Assembly (NCBI GenBank): GCA_964357695.1
Contig: CAYHNK010000003.1
Span: forward strand, 1-48,026
Reading direction: 5' to 3'
DNA length: 48,026 nt
Origin: an uncultured Bdellovibrionales bacterium
GTDB taxonomy: Bacteria; Myxococcota; XYA12-FULL-58-9; CAYHNK01
Shown: piece by piece, positions 28,501-36,912 of the stretch
Layout: each line of letters opens with the position of its first letter
Numbering within the stretch: the first letter of the stretch is position 1
The notes under the pieces: generated by a model
Database searches by the model: none
What the model was told of the DNA's origin: nothing
The model's input: only the letters and a program-made list of their open reading frames with translations
Made by a program: the position numbers and the translations under genes

Positions 28501-30062
28501 TGCGCAAGGACGGGACGACGTTTCCGCTGGATCTCGCCGTTGCCGATGTCCGTCTGACGAGTGGGGGGCGCATGTTCACCGGCATCGTTCGTGACATCAC
28601 GGAGCGCAGGGCCGCGGAGACGGTGATTCGGCACGCGCGGCAAGCGGCCGAGGCCGCCAATCGGGCCAAGAGCGCGTTTCTCGCCAACATGTCGCACGAG
28701 ATCCGCACGCCGATGAACGCCATCCTCGGGTTCGCGCAGCTGTTGCAGCGCGACGGGACTCTCACGGAGCCGCAGCAGCGGCACGTCGCCACCATCATGC
28801 GCAGCGGCGACCACCTCCTCGCGCTGATTAGTGACATCCTGGAGTACTCGAAGATCGAGGCCGGTCGGCTCGCGCTCGACGAGCTCTCCTTCGACTTACA
28901 CGGGCTGTTCGATGATCTCGAGGTCACTTTCCGGATGCGTGCGGAGGCGAAGGGCCTGCGCCTGCTCGTGGAGCACTCCAGCGGGACGCCCCAATATGTG
29001 CTGACGGACCCGACCAAGCTGCGACAGGTACTGCAAAACCTCATCGCCAACGCCGTCAAGTTCACAGAACATGGCGGTGTGGCGATGCGCGCGGCAGTCC
29101 TGCCCGGTCCGGACGAGGCGGCGGTCGAGCGGCTGGTGGTGGAGGTGGAAGATTCGGGTCCGGGAATCGCGCCAGAAGAGATGGGCCGGCTGTTCCAGGT
29201 TTTCGAGCAGACCGAGAGCGGCCGGCGGGCAAGGTCGGGCACCGGGCTTGGCCTGGCGATCAGTCGAAGCTACGCCGAGCTGCTGGGCGGAACGCTGGAA
29301 GTCGCGAGTCAGCTGGGCCACGGCAGTACGTTCCGGCTGGAGATCCCGATCCGCCGAGGCTCGGCAGACGCGATCCGGAACGGGTCAACGCCCCGGCGTG
29401 TGATTGCCCTCGCGCCGGGTCAACCCGCGTTCCGCGTGCTCGTCGCGGACGACAAAGAAGACAATCGCGCGTTCCTGGAAGCGCTGCTCGTATCGATCGG
29501 CTTCGAGGTGCGCGCCGTCGAGGACGGCGCCAGGGCAGTGGCCGAGCTGGAGTCGTGGCGGCCGCAGCTCATCCTCATGGACATGCGCATGCCGGTGATG
29601 TCGGGCAGCGAGGCGATCGAGCGCATTCGCGCGCGCAGCGGCGGTGCGACCGTGAAGATCATCGCCGTCACCGCCAGCGCCTTTCAGGAAGATCGCCAGC
29701 AGGCAATCGAGGCCGGCGCGGACGACTTCATCAGCAAGCCATTTCGCGAAGCGGTGCTCTTTGAGAAGGTCCACGCGCTGCTCGACGTGCGCTACCTGTT
29801 TGCCGAAGAAGAGAGACCGGCACCCCCTGCGGGGCCTGCGCCGCCGCCGAGTGCCCTGCGCGCCGAAGCAGCGACGCTGCCGCGCGATGTCGTCATCGAG
29901 CTCCGCCACGCAACTCTCAGCGCCGACGTGGAGCGAATGCTCGAGCTGTCGGTCCACATCGAGGTGCACAGCCTCGAATTGGCGCAAGAGATCCGTCGGC
30001 GCGCGGCCGCCTTCGATTACACGAGCGTGCTCGCGCTGCTCGAGGAAGGGAGGACGACATGA
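25572..30062 (+). CDS. hybrid sensor histidine kinase (multi-pass membrane module, CHASE3, GAF, three PAS/PAS-like, HisKA, HATPase, receiver, C-terminal helical tail)
   Basis: - CHASE3-like segment: [13 protein letters not shown]...[12 protein letters not shown]...DNPEQRLRL...[10 protein letters not shown].
- GAF: [13 protein letters not shown]...[15 protein letters not shown].
- H-box: [14 protein letters not shown] (His codon at 28695).
- N/G boxes: [25 protein letters not shown].
- Receiver: [10 protein letters not shown]...[13 protein letters not shown].
- The start is a GTG and is uncertain; there is no ATG before residue 66. Confidence 0.9.
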   Translation: [1496 protein letters not shown]

Positions 30063-31186
30063 CGGTGTCACACGACCGCCAGGCCGGGAGTATTCTGATC
30101 GTTGACGATACCGCCGCCAACCTGAATGTCTTGTGCGGCATCCTCAGGGAGCGAGGGTACAAAGCTCGACCGGTGCCCAGCGGCGAGCTCGCGCTGCAGG
30201 CCGCAGCGGCGAGCCCTCCGGACCTCATCCTTCTCGACATCGATATGCCGAGCATGACCGGGTACGAGGTATGCGAGCGGCTGAAGGCCGATGCGGCGCT
30301 CGCGAGCATTCCCGTCATCTTCATCAGCGCGTTGAACGAAATCGACGACAAGGTGCGAGCGTTCGCCGTCGGCGGCGTGGACTACATCACCAAGCCGTTC
30401 CACTTCGGGGAGGTCCACGCGCGGGTGGCGACGCACTTGAAGCTCGGACGTCAGCAACGTGAGCTGCAGGAGAGCTACGATCGGCTGCGCGCACTCGAGG
30501 CTCTGCGTGACAGCCTCGTACACATGCTCGTGCACGATCTGCGCTCGCCGCTGACAGCCCTAACGATGTTCCTGGCGTTTCTCAAAGAGGATGCTGCGCC
30601 GGCGCTCGCGCCCGAGCAGCGCGACGACATCGACCAGGCGATCAACGCGACGCAACGCATGGTGCTGATGGTGAGCTCGGTACTCGACGTCAACAAGCTC
30701 GAGGCGGGGCAGATGACGCTCCAGGTCGCGGAGTGTGACACCATGGCGCTCGCCCGCGAGGTGCTCGGCAGCCTGGGCCCGCTAGCCCAGGGCAGAACGC
30801 TGTCGCTGCGACCGCAGACGGGTGTGGGGGGCGCCTGGCTGGATCGCGGGGTGGTCTACCGCGTCATGCAGAATCTGGTCGCGAACGCGCTGGCTTTCGC
30901 CCCGGCGCACGGGGGCGAGGTCGTGGTCGAGCTCGACCGTGTCGAAGACGGCATTCGGTTTCAAGTCAGGGACAACGGCCCGGGGATCGCGGCCGAGCAC
31001 CACGAGCGCATCTTCGACAAGTTCGGCCAGGTCGGTGACCCGACGCAGCGCACGGTGTTTTCCACCGGCCTCGGTTTGCCCTTCTGCAAGCTCGCCGTCG
31101 AGGCACACGGCGGCCGCATCGGCGTGGAGAGCGACGTGGGCAAGGGCGCCACCTTCTGGTTTGTGCTGCCGGAGCGTCCAGCGTAG
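30059..31186 (+). CDS. response-regulator receiver / histidine kinase fusion protein
   Basis: Receiver region: ILIVDDTAANL...LILLDIDMPSMTGYE...KPF. H-box: LVHDLRSPLTAL. HATPase region: NLVANALAFAP, DNGPGI, GLGLPFCK. Its ATG overlaps the upstream kinase stop (ATGA at 30059-30062). Confidence 0.9.
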   Translation: MTVSHDRQAGSILIVDDTAANLNVLCGILRERGYKARPVPSGELALQAAAASPPDLILLDIDMPSMTGYEVCERLKADAALASIPVIFISALNEIDDKVRAFAVGGVDYITKPFHFGEVHARVATHLKLGRQQRELQESYDRLRALEALRDSLVHMLVHDLRSPLTALTMFLAFLKEDAAPALAPEQRDDIDQAINATQRMVLMVSSVLDVNKLEAGQMTLQVAECDTMALAREVLGSLGPLAQGRTLSLRPQTGVGGAWLDRGVVYRVMQNLVANALAFAPAHGGEVVVELDRVEDGIRFQVRDNGPGIAAEHHERIFDKFGQVGDPTQRTVFSTGLGLPFCKLAVEAHGGRIGVESDVGKGATFWFVLPERPA

Positions 31187-31203
31187 CCCCCGTGCGCTGC
31201 AAG

Positions 31204-33381
31204 CTAGACCTTCTCGAGCAGCCGCCGCGCCTCCTGATGCTCGGGCGCGCGCTGGAGTACGCGCTCGAGATAGGCCCTTGCCCGTGCCGCTTGTCCCACG
31301 GTGACGAGTAGCTTCGCCATCCCGAGGTTGGCGCCCAGGTGCGCCGGATCGAGCTGAAACGCTTGTTGCAGGCTCGTCACGGCACTCTCTCTCGCGCTCG
31401 CGTCACCCTCGATAAGGCGCGTGAGTGCCACTTGCGCGAGCCCGGCCCAGTAGTCGGGCTCCTTGTCGGCAAGGCGCGTCGCCTCGCGCAGCTTGATCTC
31501 GGCTCCCGGCAGGTTGCCGGCGCCGAGCAGCGCCAGGCCTTCGTTGTAGGCCCGCTCCGCCTGCGAGCTCTGTTGACGACGACCCGCGTCGGTATCGAGC
31601 TCGAGCGTACGACCCATCATCGGCGGCCGAGAGATCGCGGCCGCCGTCGCCTGGGAGCTCGTCGGCGACGCGGGCGCAAACTTCTGTCGCTGTGAGGCAA
31701 TGTAGCGCTCACGCAGCGTCGGGTCGCGCAGCACGTTACGGGCGCGAGCCAGAAGCTCGCCGACCTCGCGCACACGCGAGAGGGTTTCGTTGGCAAGGCC
31801 TGGGGGCAGATCCTGGAGCCGCCACGGACGACTGGCGTTGCCATACGCCGCATCGACCTCGGCGGCCGTGGCGTCGACTTCCACCCGCAAGACGTCAAAG
31901 TAATCGCCGTCCTTGATGCGCAAGTACTCGCGCGCGATCTCCTCGCCGATGCGTGAGAGTGCCGCCGCGTTGGCCACAGAGGTGGCCTGCGTGCTCGGTG
32001 TGGCGAGAGGTCCGTCGGGCAGTATGGCGCCCTTGCCGGGGCGCTCGTCGGCGCGGATCATGTCGGCCGTCAGAAGCACGTAGAGCGCCTGTGACAACTG
32101 CCGCTGTCGGTCGGATGCCGGGCCATCGAGCAGCGCGCCAAACGTCCGTCGTCCGTCGAGCTGCTGGGGCAGATCGAGCTGGCGCAAGAACGGGCCCAGC
32201 GTGTCGTAGTGCACCGAAAACAGCTCGGTGGTGACCGCGAAACGCGAGCGCAGCGGCGTAAAGTAGGCCAGCAGCGTCGCCGCGTCGTAGTTTTCACTCA
32301 CGCCGCGCCAGATGGCCTTGAGTGGATGCACCTCGGTGGCGACAACGTGGTGCGGCAAATCACTGAGTGGCTCGAGCGCATAGTTGCCGCTGCGCCAGGC
32401 GAAGCTGTTCGCGAGCTTGATTTCGGTCTGCTCGAGCAACGCATCGAGAAGGTCACCCCGACCCAACGTGCCGAGCTCGATGAGCGCCTCGCCGAAGCGA
32501 CATTGACGCTCCTCGACGAGCGCCTGCGCCGCCGCATAGCTCTCCTGCGTGATACGGCCATGCTCGATCAACAGGCGGCCGAGCGATTCGGCCATCTGAT
32601 CGGACTCCACGTGGATGGGCAAGCCGCCGTCGACGTACACGCTGCGGCGACGGCCGAGTCGACGCAGGCGCAGGACCCCGGTGAACGTGCCGACGTACAG
32701 CTCAAAGAGCAGGCGTCCGAGCGGATGCGTTGCGATGTCACCGGTTGCCGCCAGGCCGCCGGGCAGCGACTCGGTCGTCGCCCGGATCTCGATTGGCGCT
32801 CCTGGAGCCGGTGGCGGCGCGCTCCCTGTCAGATCGTCGAGATCCAGCTCCACGAGGCCGTCCGCAGGCGGGGGTGACACAGCATCGCTGCGCTCGCCAA
32901 GGCTCGCGGGCTCGATGTCGGCGATCGATGGGGGCAAAGGCGGCGGCGGGAGGCCGAGGTCGATACGCTCGCGCGCGGCAGCGGCGACGGCCGTCTCGCT
33001 GATCGGCGCACCGGCAACGAGCCCCCAGCGCACGAGATCTGGCTTCAAACGGTGGTAGCGAAACGGGCGGCCCAGCACGAGATCACAGACGCCGTCGCGT
33101 GCCCAGGCCGCAGTCTGGGAGTCTCCGTCTTCGGTCGGGAGGAGCACGGCAATGCGACACCCGACGTGCCTTTGACGCGCCTCAGGCAGGAGCGCACCGC
33201 AGTCGACACCGGGAAGGTCCGCGGCGCACAGGACGAGCGCACATTCACCTTGCGCAAGGCGCTCGCGAGCCTGTTCGGCGTCACGCACGACGGTGACAAC
33301 GAGACCATCGCGCGCGAGCACCGTGGCAATCAGCTCACCGGTGCTGCGGTCTGCTTCGACGACGAGAACGTGCGTGCTCAT
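31204..33381 (-). CDS. receiver-like (degenerate) / DUF4388 / J-domain-like / TPR multidomain protein
   Basis: - N-terminal CheY-like fold: VLVVEAD...ALVLCAADLPGVD.
- DUF4388-type block: GDIATHPLGRLLFELYVGTFTGVLRLRR...VYVDGGLPIHVESD.
- J-like segment: DYFDVLRVEVDATAAEVDAAY... without HPD.
- C-terminal TPR: AERAYNEGLALLGAGNLPGAEIKLREA... Confidence 0.75.
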   Translation of the reverse strand: MSTHVLVVEADRSTGELIATVLARDGLVVTVVRDAEQARERLAQGECALVLCAADLPGVDCGALLPEARQRHVGCRIAVLLPTEDGDSQTAAWARDGVCDLVLGRPFRYHRLKPDLVRWGLVAGAPISETAVAAAARERIDLGLPPPPLPPSIADIEPASLGERSDAVSPPPADGLVELDLDDLTGSAPPPAPGAPIEIRATTESLPGGLAATGDIATHPLGRLLFELYVGTFTGVLRLRRLGRRRSVYVDGGLPIHVESDQMAESLGRLLIEHGRITQESYAAAQALVEERQCRFGEALIELGTLGRGDLLDALLEQTEIKLANSFAWRSGNYALEPLSDLPHHVVATEVHPLKAIWRGVSENYDAATLLAYFTPLRSRFAVTTELFSVHYDTLGPFLRQLDLPQQLDGRRTFGALLDGPASDRQRQLSQALYVLLTADMIRADERPGKGAILPDGPLATPSTQATSVANAAALSRIGEEIAREYLRIKDGDYFDVLRVEVDATAAEVDAAYGNASRPWRLQDLPPGLANETLSRVREVGELLARARNVLRDPTLRERYIASQRQKFAPASPTSSQATAAAISRPPMMGRTLELDTDAGRRQQSSQAERAYNEGLALLGAGNLPGAEIKLREATRLADKEPDYWAGLAQVALTRLIEGDASARESAVTSLQQAFQLDPAHLGANLGMAKLLVTVGQAARARAYLERVLQRAPEHQEARRLLEKV

Positions 33382-33405
33382 GCTCCGGAACCATCGTAGC
33401 GCAGG

Positions 33406-33978
33406 CTAGAGGTAGAGGCCATGCTGTTCGATGTACGCGCGCACGCGCACCGACACGAGTCCCTCGATTGATTCGCGGCGTTGCACTCTTTCACGCACGA
33501 CGCGGCTGGCGATGTCCGGCAGCGCGAGCACGCCCTGGCGATGTGCGGCAACGCCCTGGCGGCCCATGACGACGATCGTGGCGAGCGCCTCGATGTCGGG
33601 CCAACGGTGCCAGGATGGCGTCTCCGCGAGCACGTCCGTGCCGATGGCCAGCGCCCAACGCCGCTCGGGGTGTCGTCGGGTGAGCTCGACGAGAGTATCG
33701 TAAGTATAACCGCTCGCGGCCTCGCGTCGCTCGACGTCGCTCACGGCAACGCGCTTGCCCAGGGGGTCGGCTATCAGCTGACACATCGCCAGGCGGTGCT
33801 CGAAGGGGACGAGCTCCTTGCCGAAGGGATGGACAAATGCCGGCAGCAGCCACACGGCTTGCGCGCCGAGGCCCTCGACCAGATAGAGACACGCCATCTG
33901 GTGGGCAAGGTGGGGCGGATTGAAGCTACCGCCGAAGATGACGGTGTGGCCCGCGAGTGACACGGGGGTGGGCAGCAT
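33406..33978 (-). CDS. nadD: nicotinate-nucleotide adenylyltransferase
   Basis: 190 aa. FGGSFNPPHLAHQ is the (H/T)xxH nucleotidyltransferase motif, and the size and layout are typical of NadD. Confidence 0.85.
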   Translation of the reverse strand: MLPTPVSLAGHTVIFGGSFNPPHLAHQMACLYLVEGLGAQAVWLLPAFVHPFGKELVPFEHRLAMCQLIADPLGKRVAVSDVERREAASGYTYDTLVELTRRHPERRWALAIGTDVLAETPSWHRWPDIEALATIVVMGRQGVAAHRQGVLALPDIASRVVRERVQRRESIEGLVSVRVRAYIEQHGLYL

Positions 33979-33990
33979 GCGCGGGTGCCT

Positions 33991-34512
33991 CTACTGCGGC
34001 ACCGGCTCGTCGACGTAGTCGTCCGTGTCGCCCTTGCCGTTGGGTGGCAGCTTGTCGAGCTGTGCTTGGACGAGCTGCTTGTGCTCGACTTCCTCGTCGC
34101 GCAGCTCGGCAAAGAGCTTGCGCACGTCGCGGTCCTTGACGTGTGCGATAGCCTCGACAAAGAACTCGTAAGCGCGCGTCTCTGCCACGAGTGCCACATT
34201 CAGCGCTTGGCGCGCACTCATGAACGCGCGCACCTCATCGTAATCGGGCGACTCGACTTGCGGTACCATCTGCTCGTCGACCTCGACGGGCTGATTGCCG
34301 AACATCTTCTGGCGCTGCCGGCGCAGCTCGTCGCCGTGTTTCGCCTCGTTGGCAACCATGAAGCGAAAGAACTCCGCCGCCTCCATGGTGTGGTGCCCGT
34401 CCATCTGCGCGGCGAGCTCCTCGTAGCGTTCTTTGGCCTGGTCCTCGATGATGACCGCGAGATCGAGGGCATCCCGGAGTGATAGCTTGGACAAATTCAG
34501 CTGGGTCGCCAT
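33991..34512 (-). CDS. ferritin-like di-iron protein (rubrerythrin-family four-helix bundle)
   Basis: 173 aa with paired E...ExxH motifs (EDQAKERYEE, ANEAKHGDEL, AETRAYEFF, DEEVEHKQL). It lies 12 nt upstream of nadD on the same strand. Confidence 0.7.
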   Translation of the reverse strand: MATQLNLSKLSLRDALDLAVIIEDQAKERYEELAAQMDGHHTMEAAEFFRFMVANEAKHGDELRRQRQKMFGNQPVEVDEQMVPQVESPDYDEVRAFMSARQALNVALVAETRAYEFFVEAIAHVKDRDVRKLFAELRDEEVEHKQLVQAQLDKLPPNGKGDTDDYVDEPVPQ

Positions 34513-34676
34513 GGTGCCTCGCCTTCGCTCGGGTTGCAGCGTCGCAATCCGGCGCCACTTTTGTCGCGTGCCGAGGGAAAGTCAAGTCGACTCCAAGACG
34601 CGTGCTCGTTGTGGCCCCACTGGGCGCGTTGTGATACGCACGGCCGATCGTGCTCCCCCGTGAGGAGGTCGTAGGG

Positions 34677-35855
34677 ATGAGTGAGCCGTTGGCGCTCGCG
34701 GCTCTCGTAGCCATCGAGCACTTGCTGTCTGAAGACGAGCGGGCCGCGCGGGATGCGGTGCGCGCCTGGGTGCGAGAGCGCTTCTTGCCGCGCATCACCC
34801 TGGCGCATCGCGCGGGCCGTTTCCCAACCGATCTCATCGGTGAGCTCGCCGAGCTCGGCGTTTTTGGTGCCAACATCGAAGGCTACGGCTGCGCCGGCAT
34901 GAACAACGTCGCCTATGGGCTCGTCATGCAGGAGCTCGAGTATGGCGACTCCGGCCTGCGTTCGCTCGCGAGCGTGCAGGGCGCGCTCGTCATGTATCCC
35001 ATCCTCAGCTACGGCTCAGAGGAGCAGCGGCGCCGCTGGCTTCCCGAGCTCGCCGCCGGTCGCCTTATCGGATGTTTTGGTCTCACCGAGCCCGAGGCCG
35101 GCTCGGATCCGGGCTCTATGCGCACCACCGCACGCAAGGACGGCGACGCCTATGTGATTGATGGCATCAAGGCTTGGATCACCAACGCACCCATCGCCGA
35201 TCTCGCCATCGTCTGGGCAAAAGTCGTCGATGAAGAACAGCGCATCCGCGGCTTTGTCGTCGAGCGCGGCACCCCGGGCCTTTCGACACCGGAGGTCGAA
35301 GGCAAGTTCTCGCTGCGCGCATCACCGACGGGCGAAATTCATTTGAACGAGTGTCGCGTACCGAGCGGCAACCTCCTTGCGGGCACAGGTGGGCTCAAGA
35401 GCCCGCTCGGTTGCCTGACGCAGGCGCGCCAAGGGATCGGCTGGGGTGTCAACGGCGCCGCCGCCGCCTGCTTTGACGCCGTGCGCGACTACGGTCTCGT
35501 GCGCCGCCAGTTCGGCAAGCCTATCGCCTCGTTTCAGCTCTACCAGGCACAGCTCGCAGACATGGCCACCGAGATCATGGGCGCGACGCTGCTGTCCTTG
35601 CACACCGGGCGACTCAAGGACGCTGGGCTGCTCACGCCGGTTCAGGTGAGTCTGCACAAGCGTCACAACGTGCGCGTCGCGCGCGAGGTTGCACGCACTG
35701 CACGGGGAATGCTAGGGGGGGTCGGCATCACGGATGCATTTCCGGTCATACGGCACATGATGAACCTCGAGAGCGTCTACACCTACGAGGGTACCAACGA
35801 GATCCACACGCTGACGCTCGGGCGGGCTCTGACCGGCCTCGACGCGTTCGTATGA
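34677..35855 (+). CDS. gcdH: glutaryl-CoA dehydrogenase (acyl-CoA dehydrogenase family)
   Basis: GCFGLTEPEAGSDPGSMRTTARKDGDAYVIDGIKAWITNAPIADLAIVWAKV, IRGFVVERGTPGLSTPEVEGKFSLRASPTGEI and the C-terminal YEGTNEIHTL are typical of GCDH. ATG 34677 is preceded by GAGGAGG; the ORF opens at 34650. Confidence 0.85.
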   Translation: MSEPLALAALVAIEHLLSEDERAARDAVRAWVRERFLPRITLAHRAGRFPTDLIGELAELGVFGANIEGYGCAGMNNVAYGLVMQELEYGDSGLRSLASVQGALVMYPILSYGSEEQRRRWLPELAAGRLIGCFGLTEPEAGSDPGSMRTTARKDGDAYVIDGIKAWITNAPIADLAIVWAKVVDEEQRIRGFVVERGTPGLSTPEVEGKFSLRASPTGEIHLNECRVPSGNLLAGTGGLKSPLGCLTQARQGIGWGVNGAAAACFDAVRDYGLVRRQFGKPIASFQLYQAQLADMATEIMGATLLSLHTGRLKDAGLLTPVQVSLHKRHNVRVAREVARTARGMLGGVGITDAFPVIRHMMNLESVYTYEGTNEIHTLTLGRALTGLDAFV

Positions 35856-35864
35856 GTTGAGACG

Positions 35865-36320
35865 ATGAGCGACAGTCGACTGTTGCGCTCGGTGCAGCGC
35901 CTGGCGTCGGCCTTGGGGAGACTCGAGCGGCAGACCGCGTCGCGGGCCGGTGTCACGGTGTCCCAGCTGCGCGTGCTCTCGTGTCTCGACCAAGCATCGA
36001 GCGCGCCGGGCGTGCGCATCGGCACCCTCGCCGACGATCAGGGCCTCGCGATCAGCACGATGACACGAAACGTCGCGCTGCTTGAGCGACGGGGCTGGGT
36101 GCGGCGCGAGAGCGGTGAGGAAGATCGTCGCACGGTGCGCGTCGTCCTGACTGAGGTGGGCCGTCAGAAGGCGCTCGAGCTACAGGACACGACGCTCAGC
36201 CGCTTTCAGCGTGCCTTTCGTGCCTTTCATCCCACCGATCGCGTCGAGCGGGCCGTGGCGCTCGATCGCGTGGCCGAAGCACTCGAGAACAACGATGGCA
36301 GTGTGGCGCGAAAACCGTAG
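35865..36320 (+). CDS. MarR family transcriptional regulator
   Basis: 151 aa. The winged-helix block is VTVSQLRVLSCL...IGTLADDQGLAISTMTRNVALLERRGWVRRESGEEDRRTVRVVLTEVG. Confidence 0.8.
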   Translation: MSDSRLLRSVQRLASALGRLERQTASRAGVTVSQLRVLSCLDQASSAPGVRIGTLADDQGLAISTMTRNVALLERRGWVRRESGEEDRRTVRVVLTEVGRQKALELQDTTLSRFQRAFRAFHPTDRVERAVALDRVAEALENNDGSVARKP

Positions 36321-36912
36321 CGTAGCAAAGCTCCTCGTCGCAGCGAGCCTACTGTGCGGTCACGGGCTCGTGCGGGCTGCCGAGCCCTGCCCACCCGCCT
36401 CGCGCCTACCCCAGCTGACGCTCGATGACGTCGTCGATTCCGCGGTGCCAATTTACGATCGCTGGCAGGTAGTCTGGGACGACGTGCCGTTCTCCGACGT
36501 GCAGGTGGCCCAGCTCGCCGGAGACGGCCTGCTCGTTGACGAGCTCGACAGCGGCATGCGCAATCGTGGCGGCTGGGTCTACTTCGGCATGGTCGCTGGC
36601 GCCGTGGGGACGGCGCTCTCGAGCACCGGTTGGGTGCTCTACGGGCAGAATCAGCTGTCGCAGGGGATCACCTTACCGCTGGCGTTCGGGGGCCTCGGCA
36701 TCGGTGTCGCCGGCGTGCTGCTCGTCACCGAGACCATTCAACGGGCCGCCGAGCCGTACATGGCGCCCACGCCGCGCCATCGCCTCAGTCGCGCCCAGGC
36801 ACGCCGCCTCGTCGCCGCCGTCAACGAGCGGCTCTTTGGCGATATCTGCAAGAGTTGGCGTGAAGCCTCCGAGGCCAGCCAGCCGCTCGGGGCGAAGCTA
36901 CGGGTGCAATAG
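36295..36912 (+). CDS. hypothetical membrane protein with signal peptide
   Basis: The internal ATG at 36295 gives MAVWRENRSVAKLLVAASLLCGHGLVRAAEP. Two central hydrophobic helices are present (WVYFGMVAGAVGTALSSTGWVLY, LPLAFGGLGIGVAGVLLV). The start is uncertain; the ORF opens at 36211 inside marR. Confidence 0.5.
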   Translation: MAVWRENRSVAKLLVAASLLCGHGLVRAAEPCPPASRLPQLTLDDVVDSAVPIYDRWQVVWDDVPFSDVQVAQLAGDGLLVDELDSGMRNRGGWVYFGMVAGAVGTALSSTGWVLYGQNQLSQGITLPLAFGGLGIGVAGVLLVTETIQRAAEPYMAPTPRHRLSRAQARRLVAAVNERLFGDICKSWREASEASQPLGAKLRVQ

